The notes: a model not told the origin generated them from the letters alone. A stretch of 64,000 bases of DNA from an uncultured Alphaproteobacteria bacterium (GCA_944389515.1 CALXMQ010000001.1:135079-199078); one strand, 5' to 3'. Counted from the stretch's first letter, positions 1-10,607 are shown. Translations and numbers: made by a program.

Positions 1-1
1 T

Positions 2-487
2 TGGGATGAATTGATGCATATTGCGTCTGATTGTGGTATAAAATTTGCTGCGTTACATGGGCGTACACGGGCGCAACTGTACATGGGGGCGGCACAATTA
101 CCGCAAATAACGGATGATATAAAAATACCTGTGATTGGAAATGGTGATATTAAAACGTCTGATGATGTATCGCGGGTTTTAGAATTGGGGTATTGTGGGG
201 CGATGATTGGTCGTGGTATGTTGGGGCGGCCATGGATTATTGGGCAAATTATGGGGCAATGTGATGTGCCTGACAATATTGGTGTTGTTGTGTTACGTCA
301 TTTGGCGTATATGCTGGAATATTATGGCGAAAAAAACGCAATACCGATGTTTAGAAAACATGCCGCGTGGTATTCGGCTGGGATACCAAATTCTGGGGAT
401 TTTAGAATAAAGGTAAATCAAATATCTGATACAAAGCAACTGGTTGCGGAAATTTGTAAATTTTGGGGTTGCGAAGTGAATATATAG
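2..487 (+). CDS. dus: tRNA-dihydrouridine synthase (Dus family), 3' portion; the gene starts upstream of the window
   Basis: The frame of track ORF 11..487 stays open to the window edge. The translation has Dus hallmarks 'IPVIGNGDI' and 'GAMIGRGMLGRPWI', followed by the helical C-terminal domain. Confidence 0.8.
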   Translation, partial: WDELMHIASDCGIKFAALHGRTRAQLYMGAAQLPQITDDIKIPVIGNGDIKTSDDVSRVLELGYCGAMIGRGMLGRPWIIGQIMGQCDVPDNIGVVVLRHLAYMLEYYGEKNAIPMFRKHAAWYSAGIPNSGDFRIKVNQISDTKQLVAEICKFWGCEVNI

Positions 488-526
488 ATTCTATGATTGA
501 ATAAAATAAAAAAGGGATACCATAAC

Positions 527-1366
527 ATGAACGAAAATGATAAAACAGTGCTTCACACTGAAATGACAGTCGGCGAAATATTGCGCAATGCACGCACAAC
601 TGGACGTCGTAAACGTGAAATACCAACGGTTTCAAAACAGTTGTGTATTCGCGAAGAATTTTTACAGGCATTAGAAGACGGTAATTATAAACTGATTCCA
701 GAAACTGTATATATTTTAGGTTTTGCGCGGAACTATGCAATGGAATTGGGGTTGGATCCGGATGAAATTGTAAATAAATTAAAACGTGAAATGGGCTTGG
801 TCGCAGAAGATGAAGATGTTGGCGCAGATGTTGGGACTGATGATAATGTCGTGGCAGATGGTGAAAAATGGTATCAACGTATCTGGACACGCAGTGTGAA
901 ATTTATACGTCGTCATTGGGTATGGTTTGTGTCGGGTGTTGTGATATTGCTGGCACTGATTGGGGGAATTACGTTTTGGGCAATGTCTGGGGGTACATCT
1001 GGTGTGACCCCAGAAACACCAACAGAAATTACATTGGCCGCGCCGATTGATGTTGATGCAGAACCAAAATATAATGCGGATGTGCGTGAACGCTTTGGTA
1101 CAGAAAATGCGGAAAATGCATCTGTGGTATTACAGGCGATTCAAGAATCTTGGGTCAAGGTTGAAGATGCACGTGGTAATACAATATTCAGTCGTGTATT
1201 GGTGCCAGGGGATGTTTATTATGTGCCTGGTGGTGATGGATATACGGCGGTGTTTGGTAATGCCGGTGGCGTGGATGTTTGGGTAAATGGCGTTTTGGCA
1301 CCAAAGCAGGGGGCAGAACACGCGCGTGTCGCAGATATTTCATTGAATCCAGATGATTTGATGTAA
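527..1366 (+). CDS. rodZ: RodZ-like cytoskeleton protein (XRE-type HTH, one TM helix, DUF4115-like C-terminal domain)
   Basis: HTH block '[13 protein letters not shown]...[17 protein letters not shown]...[10 protein letters not shown]', TM '[22 protein letters not shown]', C-terminal '[27 protein letters not shown]...[12 protein letters not shown]'. The track ORF starts at TTG 497. ATG 527, preceded by AAGGGA, is the likelier start. Confidence 0.7.
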   Translation: MNENDKTVLHTEMTVGEILRNARTTGRRKREIPTVSKQLCIREEFLQALEDGNYKLIPETVYILGFARNYAMELGLDPDEIVNKLKREMGLVAEDEDVGADVGTDDNVVADGEKWYQRIWTRSVKFIRRHWVWFVSGVVILLALIGGITFWAMSGGTSGVTPETPTEITLAAPIDVDAEPKYNADVRERFGTENAENASVVLQAIQESWVKVEDARGNTIFSRVLVPGDVYYVPGGDGYTAVFGNAGGVDVWVNGVLAPKQGAEHARVADISLNPDDLM

Positions 1367-1462
1367 TTTGTGTGGCTGGCAGGTGCTAAATTTTCTTGGT
1401 ATGCAAATTTTGTCATTTTAGGTATTGTAATTTGACAGATTTTTTCTATATTTATTCGTGCC

Positions 1463-4321
1463 ATGGCAGGAATTATAAAAATTCGCGGTGCACGCGAAAA
1501 TAATCTTAAAAATATTGATTTAGACATACCAAAAAATAAATTGGTGGTCTTTACAGGCGTGTCTGGTTCGGGAAAATCGTCGTTGGCATTTAATACTATT
1601 TATGCCGAAGGTCAGCGTCGATACGTTGAATCTTTGTCTGCATATGCACGTCAATTTTTAGATATGCAGAAAAAGCCTGATGTTGATTTGATTGAAGGTT
1701 TATCGCCGGCGATTTCTATTGAGCAAAAAACAACTTCGAAAAATCCACGTTCAACTGTTGGTACGGTGACCGAAATTTATGATTATTTGCGTTTGTTGTG
1801 GGCGCGTATTGGGGTGCCGCATTCGCCAGTAACAGGATTGCCAATTAAATCCCAAACAATCCCAGAAATGGTGGATTGGACAATGAAAATCCCCAATGAA
1901 ACCAAGATTTTTATCATGGCGCCACTGGTGCGTGAACGCAAAGGTGAATATAAAAAAGAAATTGCGTTCTTGGTCAAGCAGGGATATCAACGTGCAATCA
2001 TTGATGGTGAATTGTATGATTTATCTGCTGTGCCACCATTGGATAAAAATAAAAAGCACACAATTTTTGTAATTGTTGATCGTTTACAGATGCCGGCGAT
2101 GGGTGCGACGGATTCTGATATCGAAACTTTTCGGTCGCGCATGTTTGCATCATTCGAAGGTGCATTACGATTGGTGCCTGGGTCGGTATTGGTACGTCGT
2201 TTAGATACCAACGAAGATATTTTATATTCGCAAAATTATGCGTGCCCCGTCAGTGGATTTACTGTGCCGAAAATAGAGCCACGGTTATTTTCGTTTAATG
2301 CACCGATGGGGGCGTGTCCGTCGTGTGATGGTTTGGGTGTGCAATTAAATATGTCGCCTGATTTGGTAATACCGGATCCTTCAAAATCTATATTGGATGG
2401 TGCGATTGCGCCGTGGTCGCGTGGGGGGATGCTTAGTCAATTTGACCATTTGTTGGATGCATTGCATAAAAAATATAAAATCCCATTGACCAAGCCATGG
2501 CATACGTTGACCCAGCAACAGAAAGATATTATTTTGTATGGCAGTGGTGATGAACCAATAAAAATAAATTGGAACGGATTTGTTTATGAAAAACCGTACG
2601 AAGGCGTTATTCCAAATATTGAACGGCGTTGGCGTGAATCTGATTCAGATGCTGTGCGTAACGAATTGGCAAAATATCAATCTGAAAAACCATGCCCGAT
2701 GTGTCATGGAAAACGTTTGAATATCCAGGCGTTGTGCGTGAAAATTTATGGTCTGGATATTATGGATGCGTGTGACATGGCGGTAGATCAGTCGTTGCAA
2801 TGGTTTACAGATTTACCGAATCATCTGACGCAAAAAGAAAATGATATCGCACGTGTTATTCTGCGTGAAATTACCAGTCGTTTGCACTTTTTGCAAAATG
2901 TTGGTTTGGGATATTTGACTTTGTCGCGTATGTCAGGAACTTTATCTGGGGGCGAAGCACAACGTATTCGTTTGGCATCGCAAATTGGCAGTGGTTTGTC
3001 TGGCGTATTGTATGTATTAGACGAACCGTCAATCGGTTTGCATCAAAGCGATAATGATAAGCTATTAGATACGTTAAAAATGCTGCGTGATAAAGATAAT
3101 ACGGTTATTGTCGTAGAACATGATGAAGATGCCATGCGGGCAGCAGATTATTTAGTGGATATTGGACCGGGGGCTGGCATCAATGGGGGGCATGTGGTTG
3201 CCGCAGGTACGCCAGCCCAGGTTATAAAAAACAAGGATTCTTTGACAGGGCAATATTTGGCTGGAAAACGCAAGATAGATGTTCCAAAACATCGTCGTTC
3301 TGGTAATGGGCATGTAATTTCAATCCAGGGCGCACGTGAAAATAATCTGAAAAATATAAATGTGGATTTCCCATTGGGAAAATTTGTCGCATTGACGGGT
3401 GTGTCGGGGTCTGGTAAATCAACATTATTATTAGATACGTTGTATCCAGCACTGATGCGCGCATTATATAATTCAAAGCTGGAAACCGGCGCACACGATA
3501 TTATTCGTGGTATGGAATATATAGATAAGGTTGTAGATATAGATCAATCGCCAATCGGGCGTACACCACGCAGTAATCCGGCCACTTATACTGGGGTATT
3601 TTCAAATATTCGTGACTTTTTTGCTGGTTTGCCCGAAGCCAAGGCGCGCGGATACGGTCCGGGACGTTTTTCGTTCAATGTCAAAGGTGGGCGATGTGAA
3701 GCATGCCAAGGTGACGGCCAGATAAAAATAGAAATGAATTTTTTGGCGGACGTTTATGTTGAATGTGATAAATGTCATGGCGCACGTTATAATGATGAAA
3801 CGTTGGCGGTTAAATACAAAGGCAAATCGATTGCTGATGTATTAAATATGACGGTTGAAGAAGCGTACAGATTTTTCAGCAATGTTCCGCAAATTGCACG
3901 TAAATTGGAACTGTTAAAACGGGTTGGGCTGGATTATATAAAATTGGGTCAAAGTTCGTTGGATTTATCGGGTGGTGAAGCACAACGTATCAAATTGTCC
4001 AAGGAATTAGCAGCACGCAGTACAGGGCAAACCATATATATCTTGGACGAACCAACAACTGGGTTGCATTTCGCGGATATCAAATTGCTGCTATCGGTAT
4101 TGCATGAATTAGTTGACCAGGGTAATACGGTTATTGTTATTGAACATAATTTAGAAGTAATCAAAACAGCAGATTGGATAATTGATTTGGGCCCGGGGGG
4201 TGGTGCAAACGGTGGACGCGTTGTTGCCATTGGTACCCCAGAGCAGGTTGCGGATAATTCAGATTCTTTGACGGGTAAATACTTAAAAAAGTATCTGGAC
4301 ATTTCAAAACAGAAAAAATAA
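1463..4321 (+). CDS. uvrA: Excinuclease ABC subunit A
   Basis: 952 aa with two ABC modules (Walker A 'GVSGSGKSS' and 'GVSGSGKST', two 'LSGGEAQR' signatures). Zinc-finger Cys pairs 'CPSCDG', 'CPMCHG', 'CEACQGDG...CDKCHG'. Confidence 0.97.
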   Translation: MAGIIKIRGARENNLKNIDLDIPKNKLVVFTGVSGSGKSSLAFNTIYAEGQRRYVESLSAYARQFLDMQKKPDVDLIEGLSPAISIEQKTTSKNPRSTVGTVTEIYDYLRLLWARIGVPHSPVTGLPIKSQTIPEMVDWTMKIPNETKIFIMAPLVRERKGEYKKEIAFLVKQGYQRAIIDGELYDLSAVPPLDKNKKHTIFVIVDRLQMPAMGATDSDIETFRSRMFASFEGALRLVPGSVLVRRLDTNEDILYSQNYACPVSGFTVPKIEPRLFSFNAPMGACPSCDGLGVQLNMSPDLVIPDPSKSILDGAIAPWSRGGMLSQFDHLLDALHKKYKIPLTKPWHTLTQQQKDIILYGSGDEPIKINWNGFVYEKPYEGVIPNIERRWRESDSDAVRNELAKYQSEKPCPMCHGKRLNIQALCVKIYGLDIMDACDMAVDQSLQWFTDLPNHLTQKENDIARVILREITSRLHFLQNVGLGYLTLSRMSGTLSGGEAQRIRLASQIGSGLSGVLYVLDEPSIGLHQSDNDKLLDTLKMLRDKDNTVIVVEHDEDAMRAADYLVDIGPGAGINGGHVVAAGTPAQVIKNKDSLTGQYLAGKRKIDVPKHRRSGNGHVISIQGARENNLKNINVDFPLGKFVALTGVSGSGKSTLLLDTLYPALMRALYNSKLETGAHDIIRGMEYIDKVVDIDQSPIGRTPRSNPATYTGVFSNIRDFFAGLPEAKARGYGPGRFSFNVKGGRCEACQGDGQIKIEMNFLADVYVECDKCHGARYNDETLAVKYKGKSIADVLNMTVEEAYRFFSNVPQIARKLELLKRVGLDYIKLGQSSLDLSGGEAQRIKLSKELAARSTGQTIYILDEPTTGLHFADIKLLLSVLHELVDQGNTVIVIEHNLEVIKTADWIIDLGPGGGANGGRVVAIGTPEQVADNSDSLTGKYLKKYLDISKQKK

Positions 4322-4363
4322 GGTAAGTATATATAATAATAAACATATAAAAGGAGTAAATGC

Positions 4364-4885
4364 ATGTTTGGTTTTGGTAAAAAAAAGGCAAATAAAGTTA
4401 TCGATACAACTGCGACAAATGCCCAGAATACGGAAATTGATGAAAAAGAACTGAAAAAAATTGAAGAAAAAATCCCCAGCGGCATGAAGGAAACTGCACA
4501 ACGTATGATGGCCGGGCAATTTGATATGAACGATATGTTGGCGCAATTAAAGCAGATTAAAAAAATGAGCAATTTTAGTGGTCTGTTAAAAATGGTGCCG
4601 GGGATGTCGGGCGCAGTTGCGGCAATGAAGGAAAAAATTAAAGACGGCAGTGTTGATGCGCAAATTAAAATTTTGGAAGCAATGACCCCATCAGAACGTG
4701 CAGAACCAGAAAAAATATTTGCTAATGCCAAGGCACGTATTGCTGAAACAGCTGGGTGTACAGTGCGTGATGTGGAACATATTATTAAACAATATTCAAA
4801 AATGCGTCAACAAATGGCGATGGTTCAACGCATGGGGGGTATGGAGGCTGTGATGCAAAAAATGCAAGGTGCAGGTAATAAATAA
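4364..4885 (+). CDS. SRP54/Ffh M-domain-only protein (no N/G GTPase domain)
   Basis: AAGGAG lies 7 nt upstream of the ATG. 'FDMNDMLAQLKQIKKMSNFSGLLKMVPGM', 'MTPSERAEPEKI', 'VRDVEHIIKQYSKMRQQM' and the Met-rich tail parallel the Ffh M domain. See finding. Confidence 0.75.
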   Translation: MFGFGKKKANKVIDTTATNAQNTEIDEKELKKIEEKIPSGMKETAQRMMAGQFDMNDMLAQLKQIKKMSNFSGLLKMVPGMSGAVAAMKEKIKDGSVDAQIKILEAMTPSERAEPEKIFANAKARIAETAGCTVRDVEHIIKQYSKMRQQMAMVQRMGGMEAVMQKMQGAGNK

Positions 4886-4889
4886 TCTG

Positions 4890-5186
4890 ATGAATTGGAA
4901 AAATTTATTTAGTTGGGAAAAAATCAAGCAACAATTTGATTGGACGCCTGTGGCGGTCAAAGTTCCGCGTCCGCGTTATGAAACGTATACAGATGTTGGA
5001 CCGATGTTGTTGGGGTATGAAGTAGAAGTCGAATATTTATACCATGGGAATAAAACACATTTATTCCCAACAGATGAAGAAAAATTGTGCTTGGTTTCCC
5101 GGCGACGTGCGTTGGCAAATGCAATTTCTTTTTATAAAGATACGCGTGCCAAGGTTACTGAATATAAAAAAGGCAGGCAGAAATGA
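4890..5186 (+). CDS. Small hypothetical protein, paralog 1 of a tandem pair
   Basis: The track ORF is 4869..5186. ATG 4890 (MNWKNLF...) lies 5 nt after the upstream stop. Core 'LLGYEVEVEYLYHGNKTHLFPTDEE' is shared with the next ORF. Confidence 0.6.
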   Translation: MNWKNLFSWEKIKQQFDWTPVAVKVPRPRYETYTDVGPMLLGYEVEVEYLYHGNKTHLFPTDEEKLCLVSRRRALANAISFYKDTRAKVTEYKKGRQK

Positions 5187-5473
5187 AATTGAATTTAAGA
5201 AAAATTTTTAATTGGGATATTAGTAAGGTATCAAAGCCTGTGCCTGTGTATGAATTAAATTATGATGGGAATATGGGGCGCATCGTTATTGGGTATGATG
5301 TCACTGTTAAATACGTGTATCATGGCCAGGATTCTTATTTCTTTGATATGGATTCTGAACGTCTGTGGGCGTTATATGGGCATCCTAGAAAAGCCGCCGA
5401 AGATTTTTATCAATCAATGTATGAAAAACAGGCACAGCAAGTAATTCATCGTTGGGCCACACGGCACAGATAA
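5183..5473 (+). CDS. Small hypothetical protein, paralog 2 of a tandem pair
   Basis: ATGA start/stop overlap with the previous ORF. Core 'VIGYDVTVKYVYHGQDSYFFDMDSE' aligns to paralog 1. Confidence 0.6.
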   Translation: MKLNLRKIFNWDISKVSKPVPVYELNYDGNMGRIVIGYDVTVKYVYHGQDSYFFDMDSERLWALYGHPRKAAEDFYQSMYEKQAQQVIHRWATRHR

Positions 5474-5479
5474 TTTGAA

Positions 5480-6139
5480 ATGAAAATATTAAATAAAAAA
5501 ATTGCATCTAAAAAATCTTCGGCTGCATGGATTCAGCGCCAGGCGGCGGATCCGTATGTCGCGCGTGCACATCGGGATGGTTATCGCGCACGTGCTGCAT
5601 ACAAATTGATTGAAATAAATGAAAAATATAAATTCCTGAAAAATGGCCAGATCGTGGTGGATTTGGGTGCTGCGCCGGGGTCTTGGTCGCAATATGTTAT
5701 GCGTGCGTTTCCGCGGTCGCGTGTGTTCGCCATGGATTTATTAGAAATAACACCGATACCCGGGGTTGAATTTTATCAGGGTGATTTTACGACAGATGAT
5801 GCGTTGGATTGGTTGGTGCAAAAATTAAATTTGCCGACAGATGGGGTGACACATGGCACGGTGGATGTTGTGTTGTCTGATATGGCGCCAAATACGGTTG
5901 GACATAAAAAAACAGACCATATTCGTCAAATGGTGTTGTTGGAATATGCGTTTGATTTTGCGTGTCGTGCGTTAAAGCCTGGGGGTGTGTTTGTTGCGAA
6001 ATCTTTTACGGGTGGCACAACAAATGAATTATTAAAACAAATTCGCGAAAAATTCGAATCGGTGCATCATATTAAACCACCTGCATCACGCAAAGACAGC
6101 GTTGAAATGTTTATCGTTGCGTTGGGATTCAAGGGATAA
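5480..6139 (+). CDS. rlmE: 23S rRNA (uridine2552-2'-O)-methyltransferase RlmE/FtsJ
   Basis: 'RAAYKLIEINEKYKFL', SAM motif 'VVDLGAAPGSWSQY', 'VVLSDMAPN' and 'FVAKSFTG' are typical of the FtsJ/RrmJ family. Confidence 0.9.
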   Translation: MKILNKKIASKKSSAAWIQRQAADPYVARAHRDGYRARAAYKLIEINEKYKFLKNGQIVVDLGAAPGSWSQYVMRAFPRSRVFAMDLLEITPIPGVEFYQGDFTTDDALDWLVQKLNLPTDGVTHGTVDVVLSDMAPNTVGHKKTDHIRQMVLLEYAFDFACRALKPGGVFVAKSFTGGTTNELLKQIREKFESVHHIKPPASRKDSVEMFIVALGFKG

Positions 6140-6166
6140 AAAACGCCGAAAAATCGGCGTTTTTTA
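6137..6166. terminator. Bidirectional Rho-independent terminator between rlmE and rnhA
   Basis: 'aaaaacgccgaaaaatcggcgttttt': GC stem cgccga/tcggcg flanked by an A-run and a T-run. Confidence 0.8.
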
Positions 6167-6592
6167 TTTTATTTTTTCGGCGGCGGTGCGTGCCAATTCG
6201 TCACATCGTTCGTTATATAAATTGCCGGCATGGCCACGCACCCATACCCAATGGATATCACGGTTTGCGGCCAAATCGTCCAACTGTTGCCACAGTTCTT
6301 TGTTTTTAACGGGCTTTTTCGCGGCGGTTTTCCAGTTGTTGTTTTTCCATTGTGGAACCCAAACCTGCATGCCATTTTTTACATATTGACTGTCTGTATG
6401 TAATTCAACGGCATTATGATGACGGGTCGCGGCCAGTGCACGTATTACCGCGGTCAATTCCATTTGATTGTTCGTTGTGTTGGGGGCGCCGCCACTGCGT
6501 TCGGCAACATTTTTGCCGTCGGTCGCAATAAAAGCCCAACCGCCGGGGCCGGGGTTTCCCAAACAACTGCCGTCTGTCCAGATTTTTAACAT
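6164..6592 (-). CDS. rnhA: Ribonuclease HI
   Basis: 'IWTDGSCLGNPGPGGWA', 'TNNQMELTAVIRAL', 'LHTDSQYV', 'WVWVRGHAGNLYNERCDELA'. Start taken at the internal ATG 6592 (MLKIWTDG). Confidence 0.93.
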   Translation of the reverse strand: MLKIWTDGSCLGNPGPGGWAFIATDGKNVAERSGGAPNTTNNQMELTAVIRALAATRHHNAVELHTDSQYVKNGMQVWVPQWKNNNWKTAAKKPVKNKELWQQLDDLAANRDIHWVWVRGHAGNLYNERCDELARTAAEKIK

Positions 6593-6628
6593 TTTTTTAA
6601 CCTTGGTTTTGTGATATAATATCATAAA

Positions 6629-8413
6629 ATGAGATTTGATGCCAAACAATTACGGGAAATGTCAAAATCCGTGCGTGCGCACGCGCTGAATGCTGTGCGT
6701 CATGCTGGGTCGGGACATGTTGGAATTGTTTTGGGTGCGGCAGATATTGTAACTGCAATTTATGCAAATTTTCTGCGTGTTGGGTGTGATAAATTCGTGT
6801 TGTCTGCGGGGCATGGCAGTGCGTTGTTATATTCTGTGTTGAAATTGGCTGGATATGACATTGGCAATTTAAGCAGTTTTCGTAAAATTGGTGGATTGCC
6901 TGGGCATCCAGAATTCGGAATTGATGGTGTGTTCGCCACGACTGGGCCGTTGGGTCAGGGTGTTGGTAATGCGGTTGGTTTGGCATTGGCTGAAAAAATG
7001 CGTGGTGGTGATGGAATTGTATATTGTTTGTGCAGTGACGGTGATTTAAGCGAAGGTGTCGCCGCCGAATCGATTGCATTGGCCGGACAATATGAATTAG
7101 ATAATTTGATTTTGATTTGGGATGATAATGGCGTGACGATTGATGGGGCGGCATTGGTTGATTTAGATGTGCCGGCACGTATGGCGGCGGCTGGGTGGAA
7201 CGTAAAATATATTGATGGAAATAATTTTGCAGATATAAATCGTGCATTGCGTGGATGTGTGGGGCATGGGGCGCCGACGTTCATAAATGCAAAAACAATC
7301 ATTGGGCGTGATTCCAGTTTGGCTGGGATGTCTGGGGCACATGGATTTGATTTGTCTGATTCAGAAATGATGTATTTGATTGAAAAAAATATATCATATG
7401 TTGGTGATGATTTGTGGGCGTCGGTTGCGGCAGAATCACATGAAAAATATGTGCCACGGTATCCTAAGATTAAAACAAATAAAATACCGGTGCCTGATTT
7501 AGGAAATTTTGCGTCGACACGTGAATTGTCTGGGGTGTATTTAGAATCACTGGTTGCCAGTGGTGCTGAAATTGTCGGGGGCAGTGCGGATTTAGGGCAC
7601 AGCACAAATGTAAAAGTTAAATCATCTGTGGATATTGTTGCGCCCGAATTACGTGGTAATTATATAAATTTTGGTGTGCGTGAACATGCAATGGGCGCAA
7701 TTATGAACGGTATGGCAGCGGCAGGTATGCGTGTATATGGTTCAACTTTTTTAGTGTTCAGTGATTATATGCGTCCCAGTATCAGATTGGCGGCCATGTC
7801 TGGGTTCCCAGTAATTTATGTATTTACGCATGACAGTGTCGCGGTTGGGTCAGATGGGCCAACACATCAACCGGTTGAACAGTTGGCGTCACTGCGCTTG
7901 ATTCCAAATTTTAATGTTTATCGGCCATGTAATGGGGCAGAGGTTGCATATGCATGGAAATCTGCTGTTGCAGATGTGCATGCCCCCAGTGCGATTATTT
8001 TATCACGGCAAAAATTTATGCAGATTTCAACACCAGTGGATGCAGATATATCACGTGGTGCATATGTGATATATCCGGCAACTGCGCGGCGCGAGCGTGT
8101 TACAATTATCGCAACCGGGGCCGAAGTGTCATTGGCGGTGTCTGTGGCGGAAAAATTGGGTGACGCGGTTCAGGTGGTCAGTATGCCGTCTGTGGCGGAT
8201 TTCAGACGCCAAGATGTTAAATATAAAGAAAAAATATTGGCTGGATTTGTTGTCGCAATCGAGGCTGCGGCATCCGCGCCATGGTTTGAATTTGCTGATG
8301 CGGTTGTTGGTATCGATTCGTTTGGTGTGTCGGGTGATGGGGACGATGTTTATCGTCGTATGGGATTTGATGCAGATGTGATTGCACGTGATATTTTGAA
8401 AAAAGTAAAATAA
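6629..8413 (+). CDS. tkt: Transketolase (short, 594 aa form)
   Basis: 'SGHVGIVLGAADI', 'TTGPLGQGVGNAVGLALAEK', 'GDGDLSEGV', 'FGVREHAMGAIMNG', 'THDSVAVGSDGPTHQPVEQL'. Confidence 0.9.
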   Translation: MRFDAKQLREMSKSVRAHALNAVRHAGSGHVGIVLGAADIVTAIYANFLRVGCDKFVLSAGHGSALLYSVLKLAGYDIGNLSSFRKIGGLPGHPEFGIDGVFATTGPLGQGVGNAVGLALAEKMRGGDGIVYCLCSDGDLSEGVAAESIALAGQYELDNLILIWDDNGVTIDGAALVDLDVPARMAAAGWNVKYIDGNNFADINRALRGCVGHGAPTFINAKTIIGRDSSLAGMSGAHGFDLSDSEMMYLIEKNISYVGDDLWASVAAESHEKYVPRYPKIKTNKIPVPDLGNFASTRELSGVYLESLVASGAEIVGGSADLGHSTNVKVKSSVDIVAPELRGNYINFGVREHAMGAIMNGMAAAGMRVYGSTFLVFSDYMRPSIRLAAMSGFPVIYVFTHDSVAVGSDGPTHQPVEQLASLRLIPNFNVYRPCNGAEVAYAWKSAVADVHAPSAIILSRQKFMQISTPVDADISRGAYVIYPATARRERVTIIATGAEVSLAVSVAEKLGDAVQVVSMPSVADFRRQDVKYKEKILAGFVVAIEAAASAPWFEFADAVVGIDSFGVSGDGDDVYRRMGFDADVIARDILKKVK

Positions 8414-8422
8414 AATCATATT

Positions 8423-9130
8423 ATGATTGAATACGAATTTGTTTTGTCGTCAGGTGAACGTATTCCTGTTGTTATTAAAACGCGTCGTGGATTGCGTAAT
8501 ATAACGTTGCGCCCAAAAACACGCCCGTCGCGTGAAATTCATATATCAAAACCGTGGATGACACCAACATCAACTGTGTTGCGATTCTTGGAACAAAAGC
8601 GTCGTTGGTGCGAACGTATATTTAATAACGCACCGCAAAAAATAACTGTGCATCCGGGTGATGAAATTGATTTTTTAGGGTGGCATGTTTTATTGCAACA
8701 TGATTCGATGCGGCGCGCGAATCAATTTATTGTACATGATGATATGAACGCGACGTTGATTGTTGGTGGTGGGGTGGATATGTTTGAACGACGTGTGCGC
8801 GATTTTATTCGGGCTGAATTTTTGCGGACTGTTAAACAAATGGTGCGTACGGCGCCACGTGAATTATGGCCGCGTCGTATCGCGATTCGTGATACATCCA
8901 GTCGTTGGGGCAGTTGTTCCACCAGTGGGACAATGTCTTTTTCTTGGCGGTTGGCATTTGCGCCACGCGATGTTATGCGGTATGTCGTTATGCACGAATT
9001 GGCGCATGTCGTGCACATGGATCATTCACCTGAATTTTGGCAAACAGTGTCGCAACTGTATGGATTTGGGGTTGAACGTGCAAAAAGATGGTTGACGGTG
9101 CATGGGGCAGAATTACATAAATATTTTTAA
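8423..9130 (+). CDS. YgjP-like metal-dependent hydrolase (DUF45 / M48-like, HExxH)
   Basis: 'RWGSCSTSGTMSFSWRL' followed by the zinc motif 'HELAHVVHMDHSPEFW'. Confidence 0.8.
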   Translation: MIEYEFVLSSGERIPVVIKTRRGLRNITLRPKTRPSREIHISKPWMTPTSTVLRFLEQKRRWCERIFNNAPQKITVHPGDEIDFLGWHVLLQHDSMRRANQFIVHDDMNATLIVGGGVDMFERRVRDFIRAEFLRTVKQMVRTAPRELWPRRIAIRDTSSRWGSCSTSGTMSFSWRLAFAPRDVMRYVVMHELAHVVHMDHSPEFWQTVSQLYGFGVERAKRWLTVHGAELHKYF

Positions 9131-9310
9131 GTAAAACTTGCAAACGTGTGGATTTCAGGTATTATTTTTGTATGATTATTAAAAATTTCATTTTTGTCGC
9201 GTTTCATCACGCCCGTCGGGCGGTGTGTTTATAGCGTTTTTTGTATATTTATGATATAATCTGTTTAATCAATTTGCCGTACAGATATGGCGTAACCACA
9301 GGATAAAAAA

Positions 9311-10597
9311 ATGGAATTAAAACCAACAAAAACTTTGTCTGGATTTATCGAATTGTTACCAGCGCAGCAGCGTTGTTTTGACGAGTGTGCCGCGCGTATG
9401 CAACGTGTGTTAAAGACAGCCGGATTTTCGCATTTGGATTTGCCGGCTATTGAACGGGCCGAAGTTTTGACAGATAAAGATAACTGGGATGAAATAGAAA
9501 CCCAGATGTTTTTGTTTCAAAAAGGCGATACTAAAATGGGATTGCGATACGATGGGACAGTTGGGTTGTCGCGTTATGTCGCAGGTCATATAAATGAATT
9601 AGTATTTCCATTTAGGGCGTATCAATTTGCACGTAATTATCGTGGCGAACGTCCGCAGCGTGGACGGTATCGCGAATTTTATCAGATGGATTTAGATATC
9701 ATGGGAATTGATGCACTGTCTGAAAATTATGATGCTGAAATTGTGGCAACGTTGGCACGGGCGTATGAATCGATTGCTGAATTTATTGGGCCGGTAAATG
9801 TTCGCGTTGGTAATCGGCGCTTTTGGAACGCGATGTTTGCGTATCTGGGGTTGACAGATGAACAAAGCAGGGCGGCATTTGTTTTGATTGATAAACGTGA
9901 AAAGATTTCAGATTTCTATGAAGGATTATGCGAAACCGTTGGTAACAGTGCGGCAGATAAAATAAATGACGTATTTTCAAATGGATACAAATCGTGCGCT
10001 GGGGCATCAGATACGATAGATTCAGCGATTGCGGAATTAGATTCGTTTATGGCGTTATTAGATTCTATGGGAATAAAAAATGCACAAATTGATTTAGGTA
10101 TAATGCGTGGTCATGCATATTATACTGGGATTGTGTTCGAATTCTTTTTAGATAATTTTCCTGAGCTGGGCGCGATTGGTGGCGGCGGTCGATATGAAGA
10201 TTTGGCGTCTAAATTTTCGAAAACTAAAATTATTGGTGTTGGTGCCGCGGTTGGTTTTTCACGTTTGATGGTCGCATTGTTGGATGATAATCGAATTGAT
10301 TTGACGCCGTTTATGCGCCCCGTTCGCGCGGCAGTATTATGTATGGGCGCAGACCAGGTCGCGTATTCTATGCGTGTTTTAGCGGCGTTGCGTACCGCAG
10401 AAATTGTGGCTGTGCCGTATTTAGATGCGAACAAAAAATTCAAAAATCAAATTGAATTTGCTGATAAAATAAATGCTGATTTCAGTATTATTATTGGCGA
10501 TTCAGAACGCGAATCTGGTATGTTGGCGGTCAAAAATATGCAGACAGGTGATCAACAAACATTGGATTTAGATAATACGATAAAGTTATTAAAATAA
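9311..10597 (+). CDS. hisS: Histidyl-tRNA synthetase (class II, with anticodon-binding domain)
   Basis: 'RYDGTVGLSRY', 'RGERPQRGRYREFYQMDLDIMG', 'GGGGRYEDL', and a C-terminal alpha/beta anticodon-binding domain (so not HisZ). Confidence 0.88.
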   Translation: MELKPTKTLSGFIELLPAQQRCFDECAARMQRVLKTAGFSHLDLPAIERAEVLTDKDNWDEIETQMFLFQKGDTKMGLRYDGTVGLSRYVAGHINELVFPFRAYQFARNYRGERPQRGRYREFYQMDLDIMGIDALSENYDAEIVATLARAYESIAEFIGPVNVRVGNRRFWNAMFAYLGLTDEQSRAAFVLIDKREKISDFYEGLCETVGNSAADKINDVFSNGYKSCAGASDTIDSAIAELDSFMALLDSMGIKNAQIDLGIMRGHAYYTGIVFEFFLDNFPELGAIGGGGRYEDLASKFSKTKIIGVGAAVGFSRLMVALLDDNRIDLTPFMRPVRAAVLCMGADQVAYSMRVLAALRTAEIVAVPYLDANKKFKNQIEFADKINADFSIIIGDSERESGMLAVKNMQTGDQQTLDLDNTIKLLK

Positions 10598-10607
10598 GTT
10601 GTAAAAA

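Noticed and set aside
3949-4731. 260-aa minus-strand ORF spanning the uvrA 3' end and the M-domain gene. Similar long antisense ORFs lie opposite tkt (6597..7247, 6955..7605), leuS (20961..21659), prfA (11004..11552), tolA (59625..60248), rpsI (50266..50808), the 914-aa gene (31041..31535) and the 808-aa gene (40700..41059, 41252..41650).
   Set aside because: Each lies opposite a gene with strong, motif-supported coding evidence. The translations are low-complexity and lack RBSs or recognisable motifs.
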